64,000 bases of DNA from a virus (Duplodnaviria > Caudoviricetes), in IMG/VR virus record IMGVR_UViG_2562617114_000001, positions 1 through 64,000 of that record. The stretch is one strand, 5' to 3'. The notes below the pieces were generated by a model. That model was not told the origin of the DNA, did not search any database, and saw only the letters and a list, made by a program, of their open reading frames with translations. Within the stretch, counting starts at the first letter, position 1; each line of letters begins with the position of its first letter. Position numbers and translations under genes: made by a program. Positions 27,500 through 36,547 of the stretch are shown here, one piece after another.

Positions 27500-28233
27500 C
27501 CAAGGTATCCGGTGCGCGGGATCAGGTCGTACTTCTTGCCGATCTCATAGGTGATTTCGGTCGGCGTCTGCCCGGCTTCCATTGCAGCGGTGATGCGCTC
27601 CGGGTGGTCGGACACGAGGTCACCGTATCCCCATTGGCGCTCGGCTTCGGCCCGGCAAGCTGTGATGTATTCTTCCGGCGTCATCTTCTTGCGCTGGAAG
27701 TCTCGGTTGCTCGGGTCCGTCGTGCTCCCCTTGTCGGCGGCCACCATGGAGACGAAGATGGTGTGGATGTCAGGGTGGTAAGGCTCGCGGTTGTACTGGT
27801 TGTCTTCGGTGAGGAGCTTCCAGTCTAGCCGGCGAAGGACTTCCGGCACGAACTCCCAATCGTAGGCGTTCACGAACTCGTAGCCTTGCGACTCCGTGTG
27901 GGTATGCACCCGGAGCGCAATGTCGCCGGCTTGCACGGAGCAGTGGCGCATGGCGGACGAGCCGAGCCCTTCGAAGTAGTCCTTCAGCAGATCGTGGTCT
28001 CGGTTCTCGCACAACCATTCCCAGGCGCAGAGGGCGGCTTCCATCTGCAGGTGGGTGTAGGCGTCAGCATCGCTGAACCTCGCCTTCGGATCATCCTTCA
28101 CGCTGGCGAAGACCTCGATGCCGTTGGCGTCCTTACGGGGCTGCTTCTTGATGAAGACGCTCCACGATGTGGTGTCGCCGGCCAGGCTATCAATGTCAGC
28201 AGCGTGGGCATAGCCGATACGTTTGATGGGCAT
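27496..28233 (-). CDS. Acidic hypothetical protein
   Basis: AAAGGAAG RBS preceded by hairpin motif. Confidence 0.75.
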   Translation of the reverse strand: MPIKRIGYAHAADIDSLAGDTTSWSVFIKKQPRKDANGIEVFASVKDDPKARFSDADAYTHLQMEAALCAWEWLCENRDHDLLKDYFEGLGSSAMRHCSVQAGDIALRVHTHTESQGYEFVNAYDWEFVPEVLRRLDWKLLTEDNQYNREPYHPDIHTIFVSMVAADKGSTTDPSNRDFQRKKMTPEEYITACRAEAERQWGYGDLVSDHPERITAAMEAGQTPTEITYEIGKKYDLIPRTGYLG

Positions 28234-28264
28234 GGTCTCTTCCTTTCGCATGATTGCGGTGTGG

Positions 28265-28549
28265 TCAGGTGGCAACGCCGAGCGAGGCGGCGGTGCAGTT
28301 AGCGATAATGTGTGGCGGGATGATCGAGATCAGATACTCTCGAAGCTTGTCAGGCACATCGATGGTGCCGACGCCGTCAGCGCTTAGCCTTGTGCAGGTG
28401 CCGAAGACTCTTTGCTCGACCATGTAGATTGCATACCAGCGAGGGGCGCGACCATTGCTGAAGTCGATATAGATTCTGTCTTTCGTGCTGAATGAGGCCG
28501 CGATGTAGATCTCGGTGATGCGGTGCCGGATGCGGGCCGGGTCAACCAT
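28265..28549 (-). CDS. Small paralogue family member P2
   Basis: WYAIYMVEQRVF and LISIIPPHIIANCTAASL. Confidence 0.65.
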   Translation of the reverse strand: MVDPARIRHRITEIYIAASFSTKDRIYIDFSNGRAPRWYAIYMVEQRVFGTCTRLSADGVGTIDVPDKLREYLISIIPPHIIANCTAASLGVAT

Positions 28550-28735
28550 CTATTTCGGCACCCGGATCTTCGCCACGCTGTAGGGCTCGGCCGCCATGGG
28601 GTTAAGGCGACCGTCTCCGTAGATGGTGTGGTCTTGGAGGTGGTTGCGGACCGCATAGACCGCCTGCTTCTTGGACAGCAGGGCATCGAACCGCACCCGG
28701 ATTGTGATTTCGTGAGTCGTGCTCTTCATGGTCAT
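28550..28735 (-). CDS. Hypothetical protein
   Basis: MTMKSTTHEITIRVRF; ATGA-coupled. Confidence 0.6.
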   Translation of the reverse strand: MTMKSTTHEITIRVRFDALLSKKQAVYAVRNHLQDHTIYGDGRLNPMAAEPYSVAKIRVPK

Positions 28736-29367
28736 GCCTCCTTGGTGCAGAAGGCCTTGGCCCGGTCGATCAGCTTCGCCAACTCTGCGGAGTGGTGCGT
28801 CTCGTTCTTGATCTCGGCGAGGGCAGCCAGTTCTTTCACCAGATGGCAGGCCTCCCAGCTGAAGGGCTCGCCGTCCTTGCGCATGTCCATCTCCACGCCA
28901 TCGCCGCCCCACTTGTCGTCGTCGTTGGGGTCGTCCTCGTCCGGGCCATAGACGATCATAGTTTGGTCGCCTTCGATGGCGTCATCGATCGAGTAGTTGA
29001 AGTCGTCGTGCCTCAAGGTCGTTGCCTTCGCGACGGCCTCGTCGAAGCTTGTTGCCTGCACTTCGGTGTCGCACTCACCGCGGAAGGTGGCGAACAGGCG
29101 GACGCCGTAGGTGCGGAGCACGGGCTCGTCGTCTTCGCCGTCGCTGTCCTCGTTCGCCTCGATCTCCGCCATGTTGATCGCGCTCTGCATCACGTTCCGT
29201 GCAGTGTCGGCATCGAGTTGGCAGCGGAGGCGAAGGAAGTGGAAGACGTTGGTGACCAGGTCTTTCGCCTTCGTCTGGTCGTCCTCGCCGTGCATGGGGT
29301 GGGACAGGGTGAAGGCGTCGATAGCCAGAGCTGCGTAGGATGCGCGGTCTGCATTGTCTGGTGTCAT
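28732..29367 (-). CDS. Acidic hypothetical protein
   Basis: AAAGGAG RBS preceded by hairpin motif. Confidence 0.75.
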   Translation of the reverse strand: MTPDNADRASYAALAIDAFTLSHPMHGEDDQTKAKDLVTNVFHFLRLRCQLDADTARNVMQSAINMAEIEANEDSDGEDDEPVLRTYGVRLFATFRGECDTEVQATSFDEAVAKATTLRHDDFNYSIDDAIEGDQTMIVYGPDEDDPNDDDKWGGDGVEMDMRKDGEPFSWEACHLVKELAALAEIKNETHHSAELAKLIDRAKAFCTKEA

Positions 29368-29435
29368 GGGGGTTCTCCTTTGTTGCCATAGCTGGCGGGG
29401 TGGACTCCGTCCGCATCCGGTCCCATAATCCCGGC

Positions 29436-29639
29436 ATGCCAGACATTGACTGGAATAAAGCGCCAAAGGCGGCGCGGTGGTGGGCGATGGACAAGGATGG
29501 CGAGGCACACTGGTTCTGCGCCCCGGATGTCGCTGCGTTCACAGACTTCTGGTTCAGCGAGCCTATGCTGGCACCGAAATTCGGCTACGATGGCGATTGG
29601 CGGCAAAGCCTAGTTGAGAGGCCAGCCGTCAAAAGCTGA
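29436..29639 (+). CDS. Small Trp-rich phage protein (antisense insertion)
   Basis: IDWNKAPKAARWWAMDKDGEAHWF...WRQSLVERP. Confidence 0.7.
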   Translation: MPDIDWNKAPKAARWWAMDKDGEAHWFCAPDVAAFTDFWFSEPMLAPKFGYDGDWRQSLVERPAVKS

Positions 29640-30795
29640 TGCTGATCGGCTCACCGAACGGCAGATCCGCCGTCAGCTCGTCGAACCTACGCGGGTCACC
29701 GTAGACTCCCCACAGGACCGGGATTTCCGGATCGTTGCCGAAGTCGTAGACCTCGAGGTCGGTCAGGTAGATGATGAACCGCGCTTCCGGGAACCGCTCC
29801 ATGATAACGTTGAAGGAGTCGCGGAAAGCGGTACCGCCCCCGCCGACCGGCCGGAGCACCAGCTCGTCGCCGTTCTCGAACTCCTCGATCGCCTGCACCT
29901 TGGCGTCGGCATAGATCACGGTCAGCTTGTCGATCGCGCCTTCCATGTATGCGCCGTTGATCTCCGCCGCGAAGTCCTTGCAAGGCTTGTCGTCGAAGAC
30001 GGAGCCGGAGGAATCCTGCACGATGATGCCATGGCTGACGCCGTCGCTGATCGTGCCGGGGGTGACGAAGCCGAGCGGCAACATGCGCCGGTTCGGTTTC
30101 GACCAGCTGAAATCCCGAGTCATGCTCTCGTCGATGAAGCGGCGGAGCATCGCGCGCCAGTCGACCTTGGGCCGGAGCAGCTCTTCCACGAGCTTGGCGA
30201 TGTTGGCGGGTAGTTTGCCAGCCTGCGCTCCCTTGGCGGCCATGGCGGCCTGCTGGATCTGCACGTTCATCTCCGCCTCGAGCTCGGCAATGGTCGACTG
30301 GTCATGTGGGGCGCAGCCGTCGAGGACACCGCCGCAACCGCCGCCGTCCATGCTGTTCTCGTCGGAGTCGTCGCCGTTGTTCTCGTCGTCGAGGATACGG
30401 TAGATTTCCTCCGCGGACAGGCCGGTGAAGCGCGGCTCGAGCAGCCCGCACTCCGGCATCTTGCCCACCTTGCACTCGACCAGCTCGCCGTTGATGGCGT
30501 AGTCGGCCGCCTTGTTCCACCGGCCGGGCTTGCGGTGCTGCCGGCGGGTGTGATGCTTCAGCGCATTGTGCATGACCTCGTGGGCCAGGACGAACACCAG
30601 CTCGTCCTTCTTCAGGCTCATGACGAACGGCGTGTGGTAGTAGAGGTGGCGGCCGTCGGTTGCCATCGTGTCGATGCGCGGGTCATCGGTCGCATCGATC
30701 TTCTTCAGCTGCAGCATGAGCACACCGAAGAATGGGTGGTCCCACAGCAGGCCGGTCTGCGCGGCGAGGATCTTGTCTTGGACGTTCATGGTCAT
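29629..30795 (-). CDS. Metallopeptidase-VWA protein (DUF2201-like)
   Basis: TMATDG, LAHEVMH (HExxH), WNKAADYAIN, MIDAS-like DSSGS, GGGT, YLTD. Confidence 0.9.
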   Translation of the reverse strand: MTMNVQDKILAAQTGLLWDHPFFGVLMLQLKKIDATDDPRIDTMATDGRHLYYHTPFVMSLKKDELVFVLAHEVMHNALKHHTRRQHRKPGRWNKAADYAINGELVECKVGKMPECGLLEPRFTGLSAEEIYRILDDENNGDDSDENSMDGGGCGGVLDGCAPHDQSTIAELEAEMNVQIQQAAMAAKGAQAGKLPANIAKLVEELLRPKVDWRAMLRRFIDESMTRDFSWSKPNRRMLPLGFVTPGTISDGVSHGIIVQDSSGSVFDDKPCKDFAAEINGAYMEGAIDKLTVIYADAKVQAIEEFENGDELVLRPVGGGGTAFRDSFNVIMERFPEARFIIYLTDLEVYDFGNDPEIPVLWGVYGDPRRFDELTADLPFGEPISISF

Positions 30796-31103
30796 GTCCC
30801 TTGTGCATGGTTGCGGGTGAGGATGGCCGCCAACCCGACGGCCAATTGTTGCTGAGTGAGTTGGGTTCGGAGGATGCCGGCCAGGTGATGGTTGCTGGCG
30901 TTCATCTGGCCGATCGGCCTATCCCTCCGGATGATGTAGACGTTGAACGTCCGGGTGTCGGTGAGCAGGCACAAGCAGTATTCGTGATCGCGGTCTCGCT
31001 TGCGGCGGAAGCGCCAGATGTAGGCCCAATTTTGCAGCCCATCGTCAGGCTGAGGCGGGCGGATATTCGCCAGCCACGCTTGCTTGCGGGCTTCGCTGGT
31101 CAT
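30792..31103 (-). CDS. Small paralogue family member P3
   Basis: YCLCLLTDTRTF and ILRTQLTQQQLAVGLAAIL. Confidence 0.65.
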   Translation of the reverse strand: MTSEARKQAWLANIRPPQPDDGLQNWAYIWRFRRKRDRDHEYCLCLLTDTRTFNVYIIRRDRPIGQMNASNHHLAGILRTQLTQQQLAVGLAAILTRNHAQGT

Positions 31104-31468
31104 GGGTGCATCGCGTTCCACGCATCTTTCATGTAGCCGACGGCGTCGGCGGCATGGGTGTCGGCTTGTCGAGTGGCCGCCGCCTTGGATGCGCGCTGCC
31201 AGATTGTCGGGCTTATCGAGGCTGCGACACATGCGGCCAGCGCCCTGGGACCGATCGCTTCCTTGCCGATGTCGATCTCATCCGGCTTTGCTGCTCGCCA
31301 TTTCTGCCATGGGCTGACCTTGCTGTAGCGGCGACGGTAATCTCCGTTGAAGCGGCGGTCGATCACGTCATACTCAAGCCGGATCTCCATCGTGCAGGCC
31401 TTGCTGGTCCGGTCGCGGATGAGCCAGTTGAAGGGCTTCACTTCTTTGACGCTGTAAGTGCGGGGCAC
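31100..31468 (-). CDS. Small paralogue family member P4
   Basis: IRLEYDVIDRRF and IGPRALAACVAASI. Confidence 0.65.
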   Translation of the reverse strand: MPRTYSVKEVKPFNWLIRDRTSKACTMEIRLEYDVIDRRFNGDYRRRYSKVSPWQKWRAAKPDEIDIGKEAIGPRALAACVAASISPTIWQRASKAAATRQADTHAADAVGYMKDAWNAMHP

Positions 31469-31470
31469 TG

Positions 31471-31866
31471 TTACCTCCGTGTGATTGCCAGTGCCGTCGC
31501 CCTTGCGATGTCGGCAGCCGAGAGTTTCGATTTCAGGATGTCGGTGACGTTGCCTTCCTGCGTGAGCGTGGCGTCACCTTCGATGAACATCTTGGGGTGA
31601 ATGCAGGGGCCGGCTTCAGCCTCGATGCCTTGGGATCGAAGGCCCATGCGGTTTCGCCGACCATCCAGCGAGGGCTTGCCGGTGTTGCTCGCCAGAAACT
31701 TGCGGGTCTTGGGGGTGTAGGTGAGAACCCAATGGGACATCTCACCATCGCCGCGGATGCCGAAGAAATACCAGCGCAGCTCTTGCGTGGTCGGCTTCCC
31801 GTCGAGGATGACTCGCGTCTCCTCCGGTGCGAAAGGCCCGAAGACTTTGCGAATGATCGGCATCAT
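31471..31866 (-). CDS. Small paralogue family member P5
   Basis: WVLTYTPKTRKF and ILKSKLSAADIARATALAI. Confidence 0.75.
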   Translation of the reverse strand: MMPIIRKVFGPFAPEETRVILDGKPTTQELRWYFFGIRGDGEMSHWVLTYTPKTRKFLASNTGKPSLDGRRNRMGLRSQGIEAEAGPCIHPKMFIEGDATLTQEGNVTDILKSKLSAADIARATALAITRR

Positions 31867-32201
31867 TTCCTCCCGTAGTTGAGGGCGGCTATTGTGGCCC
31901 GGGCGATACGCTCATCGCCCAGGCGGTCTCTTAGAATGTCGGTGACGCGGGCGCCTTCGATCACACCGCGCTGCGTTTCGGGCAGCATGTCGAGGCTGCC
32001 TTGCTCGGCCAGCCGCTTCGCATACTTGGACTCGTTGCCGCCGGTGTGGTGCTTCACCCGGAACTTGCGGGTGTCGAGGAAGAAGGTCAGCGTGTAGCCT
32101 CGCACGTCGCCGTCCATGAGCACGCAGGAGAAGAACCACTTGAAGCCGTAGCCTTTGATCTCCTCACGGTACGGGCCCCACACTGCCTTGAACTTAGCCA
32201 T
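31863..32201 (-). CDS. Small paralogue family member P6
   Basis: YTLTFFLDTRKF and ILRDRLGDERIARATIAAL. Confidence 0.75.
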   Translation of the reverse strand: MAKFKAVWGPYREEIKGYGFKWFFSCVLMDGDVRGYTLTFFLDTRKFRVKHHTGGNESKYAKRLAEQGSLDMLPETQRGVIEGARVTDILRDRLGDERIARATIAALNYGRK

Positions 32202-32562
32202 CCATGCGGCCTCCGCGGAGTGATATCGCCGTCACTTCAGCGATGTCTTCGGGTTTGAGCATCGACTTCATGGCGACAGCCACGCTGCCCTTTGGGAGCA
32301 TGTGGCGGAGCACTGCGATCGGGCGGTAGATGTCCGCCAGATCCTTCGCATGGATCTTGTCCCAATAGGTGACCGTCAGAGGATTCGACGTGAACTTCTT
32401 CGTCTCGAGGCTGAAGCACAGGTGCCACCGGCGGATCTCACCGGCGGGTGTGACGCCGATGAACTCCCACTTGCAAATCTGCACGATCCGATCGGGATAG
32501 ACGCCAGCGTCCGCCGTCTTGTAGGACAGCGGACCGGCGATCCAATGCACCCCCTTATCCAA
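32194..32562 (-). CDS. Small paralogue family member P7
   Basis: WHLCFSLETKKF and MKSMLKPEDIAEVTAISL. Confidence 0.75.
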   Translation of the reverse strand: MDKGVHWIAGPLSYKTADAGVYPDRIVQICKWEFIGVTPAGEIRRWHLCFSLETKKFTSNPLTVTYWDKIHAKDLADIYRPIAVLRHMLPKGSVAVAMKSMLKPEDIAEVTAISLRGGRMDG

Positions 32563-33562
32563 GGGTCACATCCTGGTTCCGCACCGCCCAATCCGTGAAG
32601 GTCTGAGTGTGCGACAGGCCCGGGTCACGACGGACGGCATCGACCGCCATCATGATCTCGAACTCACGGGCAGGAATGCGTCGGATGTAGGTCATGGCGT
32701 TCTCGAAGGTCTTGGCATCGGCGCGACGGCCCAGTGCTGCCGAGATGGCAAACCGTGCCGACGGATCATCCGGAAGCGGCGCGCTGTTCGGGTTGGCGAG
32801 GACCAGATCCAGCGACGGGAGCTTCTGATAGACGCGGATGAAGCCTTCCAGCTCGCCGGCAGCACCATCGCCGACCACACCGGAGACCAGCGACAAGCGC
32901 CGGCTCGAGTCCTTGCCGATGTATTTGGCCGCCTGTTCCCACGAGCGGGGGGTGGGGAAGGCGCGGTCATCGGAGGACTCCGGCATCTTGTGGATGAGGT
33001 GCGGCCGGAAGCGGAGGAAGGCAATCATGATCGGGTCCATGCCGATCTTGTTGAAGTGCTCCACATGCACGTTGTCGTGGCCGGCGCTTGTGTCCGCCTC
33101 GACATCGATATGAGCGAAGCGGTTGGCGAGCGCCGTCGGCATGCGCTGTGCTGCTGCGCGGTCCGTCTGGCGGTTACCAGCTGCAACCACGCGCCAGCCC
33201 TTGGGGAGCACGTAGTCGCCGACCTTGCGATCGAGGACCAGGCCGAACATGGCGGCCATCATCGACGGCGGCGCGGCGTTGAGCTCGTCGAGGAAGAGGA
33301 TGCCTTCCGGACCGTCGCGCTCCACCTGTGGAAACTCGTCGGGCACCTTCCATTTCGTGGTGTCGCCGGAGATATCGGGCAGACCCATGAGGGCGACCGA
33401 GTCACGGGTGGAAGCGCGGAAGTCGATCAGGTTCCAGCCGCGGCTATCCGCAATCTGCTGTGTTGCCTGCGATTTGCCGCAGCCGGGTGGGCCCCACATG
33501 AACGCCGGCGTGTCCTCATCGAGGTAGTCGTTCAGGTTCAGGGCAGCAGTTTTAATGTGCAT
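32555..33562 (-). CDS. MoxR-type AAA+ ATPase
   Basis: GPPGCGKS, ILFLDELN, VVAAGN, ALANRF, FPTPRSWE. Confidence 0.92.
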   Translation of the reverse strand: MHIKTAALNLNDYLDEDTPAFMWGPPGCGKSQATQQIADSRGWNLIDFRASTRDSVALMGLPDISGDTTKWKVPDEFPQVERDGPEGILFLDELNAAPPSMMAAMFGLVLDRKVGDYVLPKGWRVVAAGNRQTDRAAAQRMPTALANRFAHIDVEADTSAGHDNVHVEHFNKIGMDPIMIAFLRFRPHLIHKMPESSDDRAFPTPRSWEQAAKYIGKDSSRRLSLVSGVVGDGAAGELEGFIRVYQKLPSLDLVLANPNSAPLPDDPSARFAISAALGRRADAKTFENAMTYIRRIPAREFEIMMAVDAVRRDPGLSHTQTFTDWAVRNQDVTLG

Positions 33563-33942
33563 TGGTCGTCTCCTTGTTTGCCATATTCGGCTGGGTCGAT
33601 GGGAAGGCCGATCCTCAAGCGGGTGAGGTCGGCAATGTCGGTGCCGCGCACCATGGAGAAAGCGGCATCGGCAAGCTTGTCGCGCGGGAAGCGCGGGTAG
33701 GACAGTTGCGGGAAGGGTGAGAGGTCTTCCGGCAGGCGGTAGTCGTGGAAGTTGGCGCCATACTTCGGCGCTTTGGCTCCCCAATGATCACGGGCTCGCA
33801 TCTTGAACGTCTTGTCGCGTGGCCCGATCAGCGCCTCGTATCGAAGCGTCTTTCCTTCGTCGGAGCGGAAGGCGAACCAGAACTTGAGCCGTCCGAAAAC
33901 TACCTGCCGGGCGTAGGGTCCGATCAGGAGTCCGGTGGGCAT
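33538..33942 (-). CDS. Small paralogue family member P8
   Basis: YEALIGPRDKTF and FSMVRGTDIADLTRLRI. Confidence 0.65.
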   Translation of the reverse strand: MPTGLLIGPYARQVVFGRLKFWFAFRSDEGKTLRYEALIGPRDKTFKMRARDHWGAKAPKYGANFHDYRLPEDLSPFPQLSYPRFPRDKLADAAFSMVRGTDIADLTRLRIGLPIDPAEYGKQGDDQCTLKLLP

Positions 33943-33943
33943 G

Positions 33944-34306
33944 TCACTTCCAAATGATCTCATCCGGAAACAGGATGGCCGGGCCGCATATGGGCGGCAG
34001 CTCCTCCGGGTCCATCGCCGGGCGCTGGGTCATCATGTTGTTGCGGTAGATTTCGGTCGCCCTAACGTTGCGGATGTGGCGGCCGTTGATGTTGCTGGTC
34101 TCTCCGACGAACATGTCGCGGCGTTCGCCCTCGTAGAGCACGGCAACATGCTCGACGGGTTCATCGAATGCGTCGGGCAGAAGCCGCTTGATCCAAGTCG
34201 AGATTGGCTCCCTTGTGAAGCGTGGCTCCATGCGGATTTCTTTTGCTTCGCCGAGCGCCGGGATGAGCAAAGCCCGGGCAAACGTTCCTGTTCTGAGGCC
34301 GGTCAA
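33944..34306 (-). CDS. Hypothetical protein (DUF3846-like, uncertain)
   Basis: EHVAVLYEG...MFVGE...NVRATEIY...ICGPAILF; TTG start after AAAGGAG. Confidence 0.7.
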   Translation of the reverse strand: MTGLRTGTFARALLIPALGEAKEIRMEPRFTREPISTWIKRLLPDAFDEPVEHVAVLYEGERRDMFVGETSNINGRHIRNVRATEIYRNNMMTQRPAMDPEELPPICGPAILFPDEIIWK

Positions 34307-34333
34307 TGGGCTCTCCTTTGTGCATGATTGCGA

Positions 34334-34366
34334 GAAAAAGGGACGCTGGCTCCGGCCAACGTCCCC
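34334..34366 (-). terminator. Intrinsic terminator
   Basis: GGGACG-TTGGC-CGGA-GCCAG-CGTCCC followed by TTTTT on minus strand. Confidence 0.75.
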
Positions 34367-34474
34367 ACGTGTTGCGGCGGGTTACTCGATTACTTCATGA
34401 CCGCCTCCTCTGGCTGTTGACGTTCGGGGTGAACCTGCCTTTACGGTCTCCACACCTACCGGGCAGGGATGGGA

Positions 34475-35371
34475 TCAGGCGAGGAAGTCGGACACGCTGT
34501 CCAAGATGCGCTGCGCCTCGGCCGCGGTGTCCTTGCGGACGTTCGCGTCTTCCTTCAGGGCCGCGGCATCGTACTTCGTGAGCGCCTTCAGACGCTCGCC
34601 AAGGGCGTCCAGCTCGGGCGACCCGACGATGTTGAGCGACGGCATGACGCTCACCAGATCCGCGATGTTCTCGACGAGGCTGGAGCGGAAGCCGCCGGTG
34701 CGCTCGCCGGGGGTGAAGCTGTTGAGGCGGTCCACCATGCGCTCTGTCAGGGTGGCAACGCGCTGGTAGACGTCGCGGACCGCGTTCTCGGTCGCCTTCT
34801 GCAGCTGCTCCTCGATATCGGCGCGGATGAGGGCGGCGTGTGCCTCGCTCATGTCGACGCGGAAGTCCGTCGAGGTCGGCACGGGCAGGACCGAATAGAC
34901 GATGCCGAACTTCTCCCGGATCTCGTTGCTGGTCGGGTAGTCGGTCGCCTTGAACAGCTTGCCCATGCGCTTTTGCGCGTCGGTGACGTGCTGGTCGAAG
35001 TCGTTCACCAGCTTATCCACCTCGCGCTGGAACTTGGCGGACTGGACGCGCATCCACGCGGTGAAGGGGAGATAGCCGTCGGCGCTGATGATGCGGCCGC
35101 CGTCATTGAGCCACGGCAGGGTGCGCTCATAGAAGCCGTTGCGGGTTTCGCTGACGAGCGTTTGAATGCCGGCGAGCGCTTCCTTGCTCACCAGCAGCTT
35201 GTTGACGCGGGAGGCGTCGGATGCTGCGTTGTGGGAGTCGTTGAGCTCCTGCGTCACCTGCCGATCAAGCCGGCGGCCGGACCACTGCGAAATCGTCACG
35301 CTGACGATCATCGCACGGCTGGCGAGGGTGGAGGTGGAGGCAGAGAGGGTAGCTGGGGTCATGGAATTCAC
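34475..35371 (-). CDS. DUF3150-like helical protein
   Basis: SQWSGRRLD..VNKLL..TLPW..G.RI..F.ATDYPT..EIREKF pattern; family recalled from phages/ICEs. Confidence 0.75.
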   Translation of the reverse strand: MNSMTPATLSASTSTLASRAMIVSVTISQWSGRRLDRQVTQELNDSHNAASDASRVNKLLVSKEALAGIQTLVSETRNGFYERTLPWLNDGGRIISADGYLPFTAWMRVQSAKFQREVDKLVNDFDQHVTDAQKRMGKLFKATDYPTSNEIREKFGIVYSVLPVPTSTDFRVDMSEAHAALIRADIEEQLQKATENAVRDVYQRVATLTERMVDRLNSFTPGERTGGFRSSLVENIADLVSVMPSLNIVGSPELDALGERLKALTKYDAAALKEDANVRKDTAAEAQRILDSVSDFLA

Positions 35372-35442
35372 GTTCAGTCTCCTTTGGTTGCCATGAGTGG
35401 CGGGGGCGGTGGAATCTACACGCGGGATTGCGTGGACAGAAG

Positions 35443-35730
35443 TCAGGCCGCGAGTGATGCGGCCAAGCACCGCGCTCTCTCTTCCGGCGGGATCATCGAC
35501 AGGAATAGCTCGGCAAGCTTACGCGGGCGCGGCAGGCGCTTTGTGGTGCCGAACCCGTTGTGGATTTTAACTCCAGCCCGGAAGCGCCGGGAATCCGTCT
35601 GGAAAACGAGGTGATACTGGCGGCGGGGTTTGCCACAATCAAACCTGTAGACGATGCCTTGGCCTTCCAGATCCGGCGTTGTCAGGCGGCCGACATAGCG
35701 GAACACGGGGCGGATGCTATCGGCGTTCAT
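35443..35730 (-). CDS. Small paralogue family member P9
   Basis: YHLVFQTDSRRF and FLSMIPPEERARCLAASL; ATGA-coupled. Confidence 0.7.
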   Translation of the reverse strand: MNADSIRPVFRYVGRLTTPDLEGQGIVYRFDCGKPRRQYHLVFQTDSRRFRAGVKIHNGFGTTKRLPRPRKLAELFLSMIPPEERARCLAASLAA

Positions 35731-36539
35731 CCGACCGTGTTCCCGTCTTCGTCGAAGGTGAAGTCGGCAAGCGCCTCGTCCACCGCCTCGTCGGACGTAA
35801 GGTACTCGTGCTCCGCCTCCAGCTGGCGATAGATCCAGTCCATGAACGAGCGGAGGCATGCGGCGACCTCCTCCACGAAAGGGCCGTAAATGAGCCCATA
35901 TCGACCACATAGCGCGTTCCAGGTCATCACCTGCAATTGGTTGTCTTCGTCCAGCGAGTCAGGCGTGGGCAAGTCTGCGTCGATCGACACCGAATAGGCG
36001 TGGCAATAGCTGGAGGTGCCTTTCTCGATGGTCACCGTTGCGTCCGGGATGAGCGCGTTGCACCGTTCCGATATGTCGGCCAGGGAGAACGCAATCTCAT
36101 GCAAGCGCTCATCCGTCGGGGCGTGGCGTATGACGGCGGAGAGGGAGGCGAGCGGATTGCTCACCGGGCGCCAATCGCCAGTAAAGCACGCGCCATCGCC
36201 TTGGCTGGAGAAGCCCGTGAAATAGATTGCGGGCGAGGTGACCGTCTCGCCGTTTTGCAGGCGTTCGCGCTTGTCGTCGATCTCAATGCCCATCACACCG
36301 GCGATCAAGATGGCGTCGTCATAGATCGAGTCCCACCAGTCGTAATGCAGGCCCTCGGCGCGGTAGTCGTCGCGGGCTCGTTCTTTCGCGCGGGGTGACA
36401 GCTCCTTAAACGAAAACTCCGCCTTGTCGGCGGAGTCGTCGTCCTCAAAGTCGGTTGCGGGCTGGTTGACGTAAATGGGTGCACCTTCAGCTATTGCGCG
36501 GTTGACGGCGCGGGTAAGGGCGGCACGAGCGGCGTTCAT
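35727..36539 (-). CDS. Acidic protein of a plasmid/ICE family often labelled antitoxin of toxin-antitoxin stability system
   Basis: FKELSPRAKERARD..YDWWDSIYDD..IYFTGFSSQGDGACF..WIYRQLEAEHEYLTSDEAVDE. Confidence 0.75.
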   Translation of the reverse strand: MNAARAALTRAVNRAIAEGAPIYVNQPATDFEDDDSADKAEFSFKELSPRAKERARDDYRAEGLHYDWWDSIYDDAILIAGVMGIEIDDKRERLQNGETVTSPAIYFTGFSSQGDGACFTGDWRPVSNPLASLSAVIRHAPTDERLHEIAFSLADISERCNALIPDATVTIEKGTSSYCHAYSVSIDADLPTPDSLDEDNQLQVMTWNALCGRYGLIYGPFVEEVAACLRSFMDWIYRQLEAEHEYLTSDEAVDEALADFTFDEDGNTVG

Positions 36540-36547
36540 GGGAAGCC

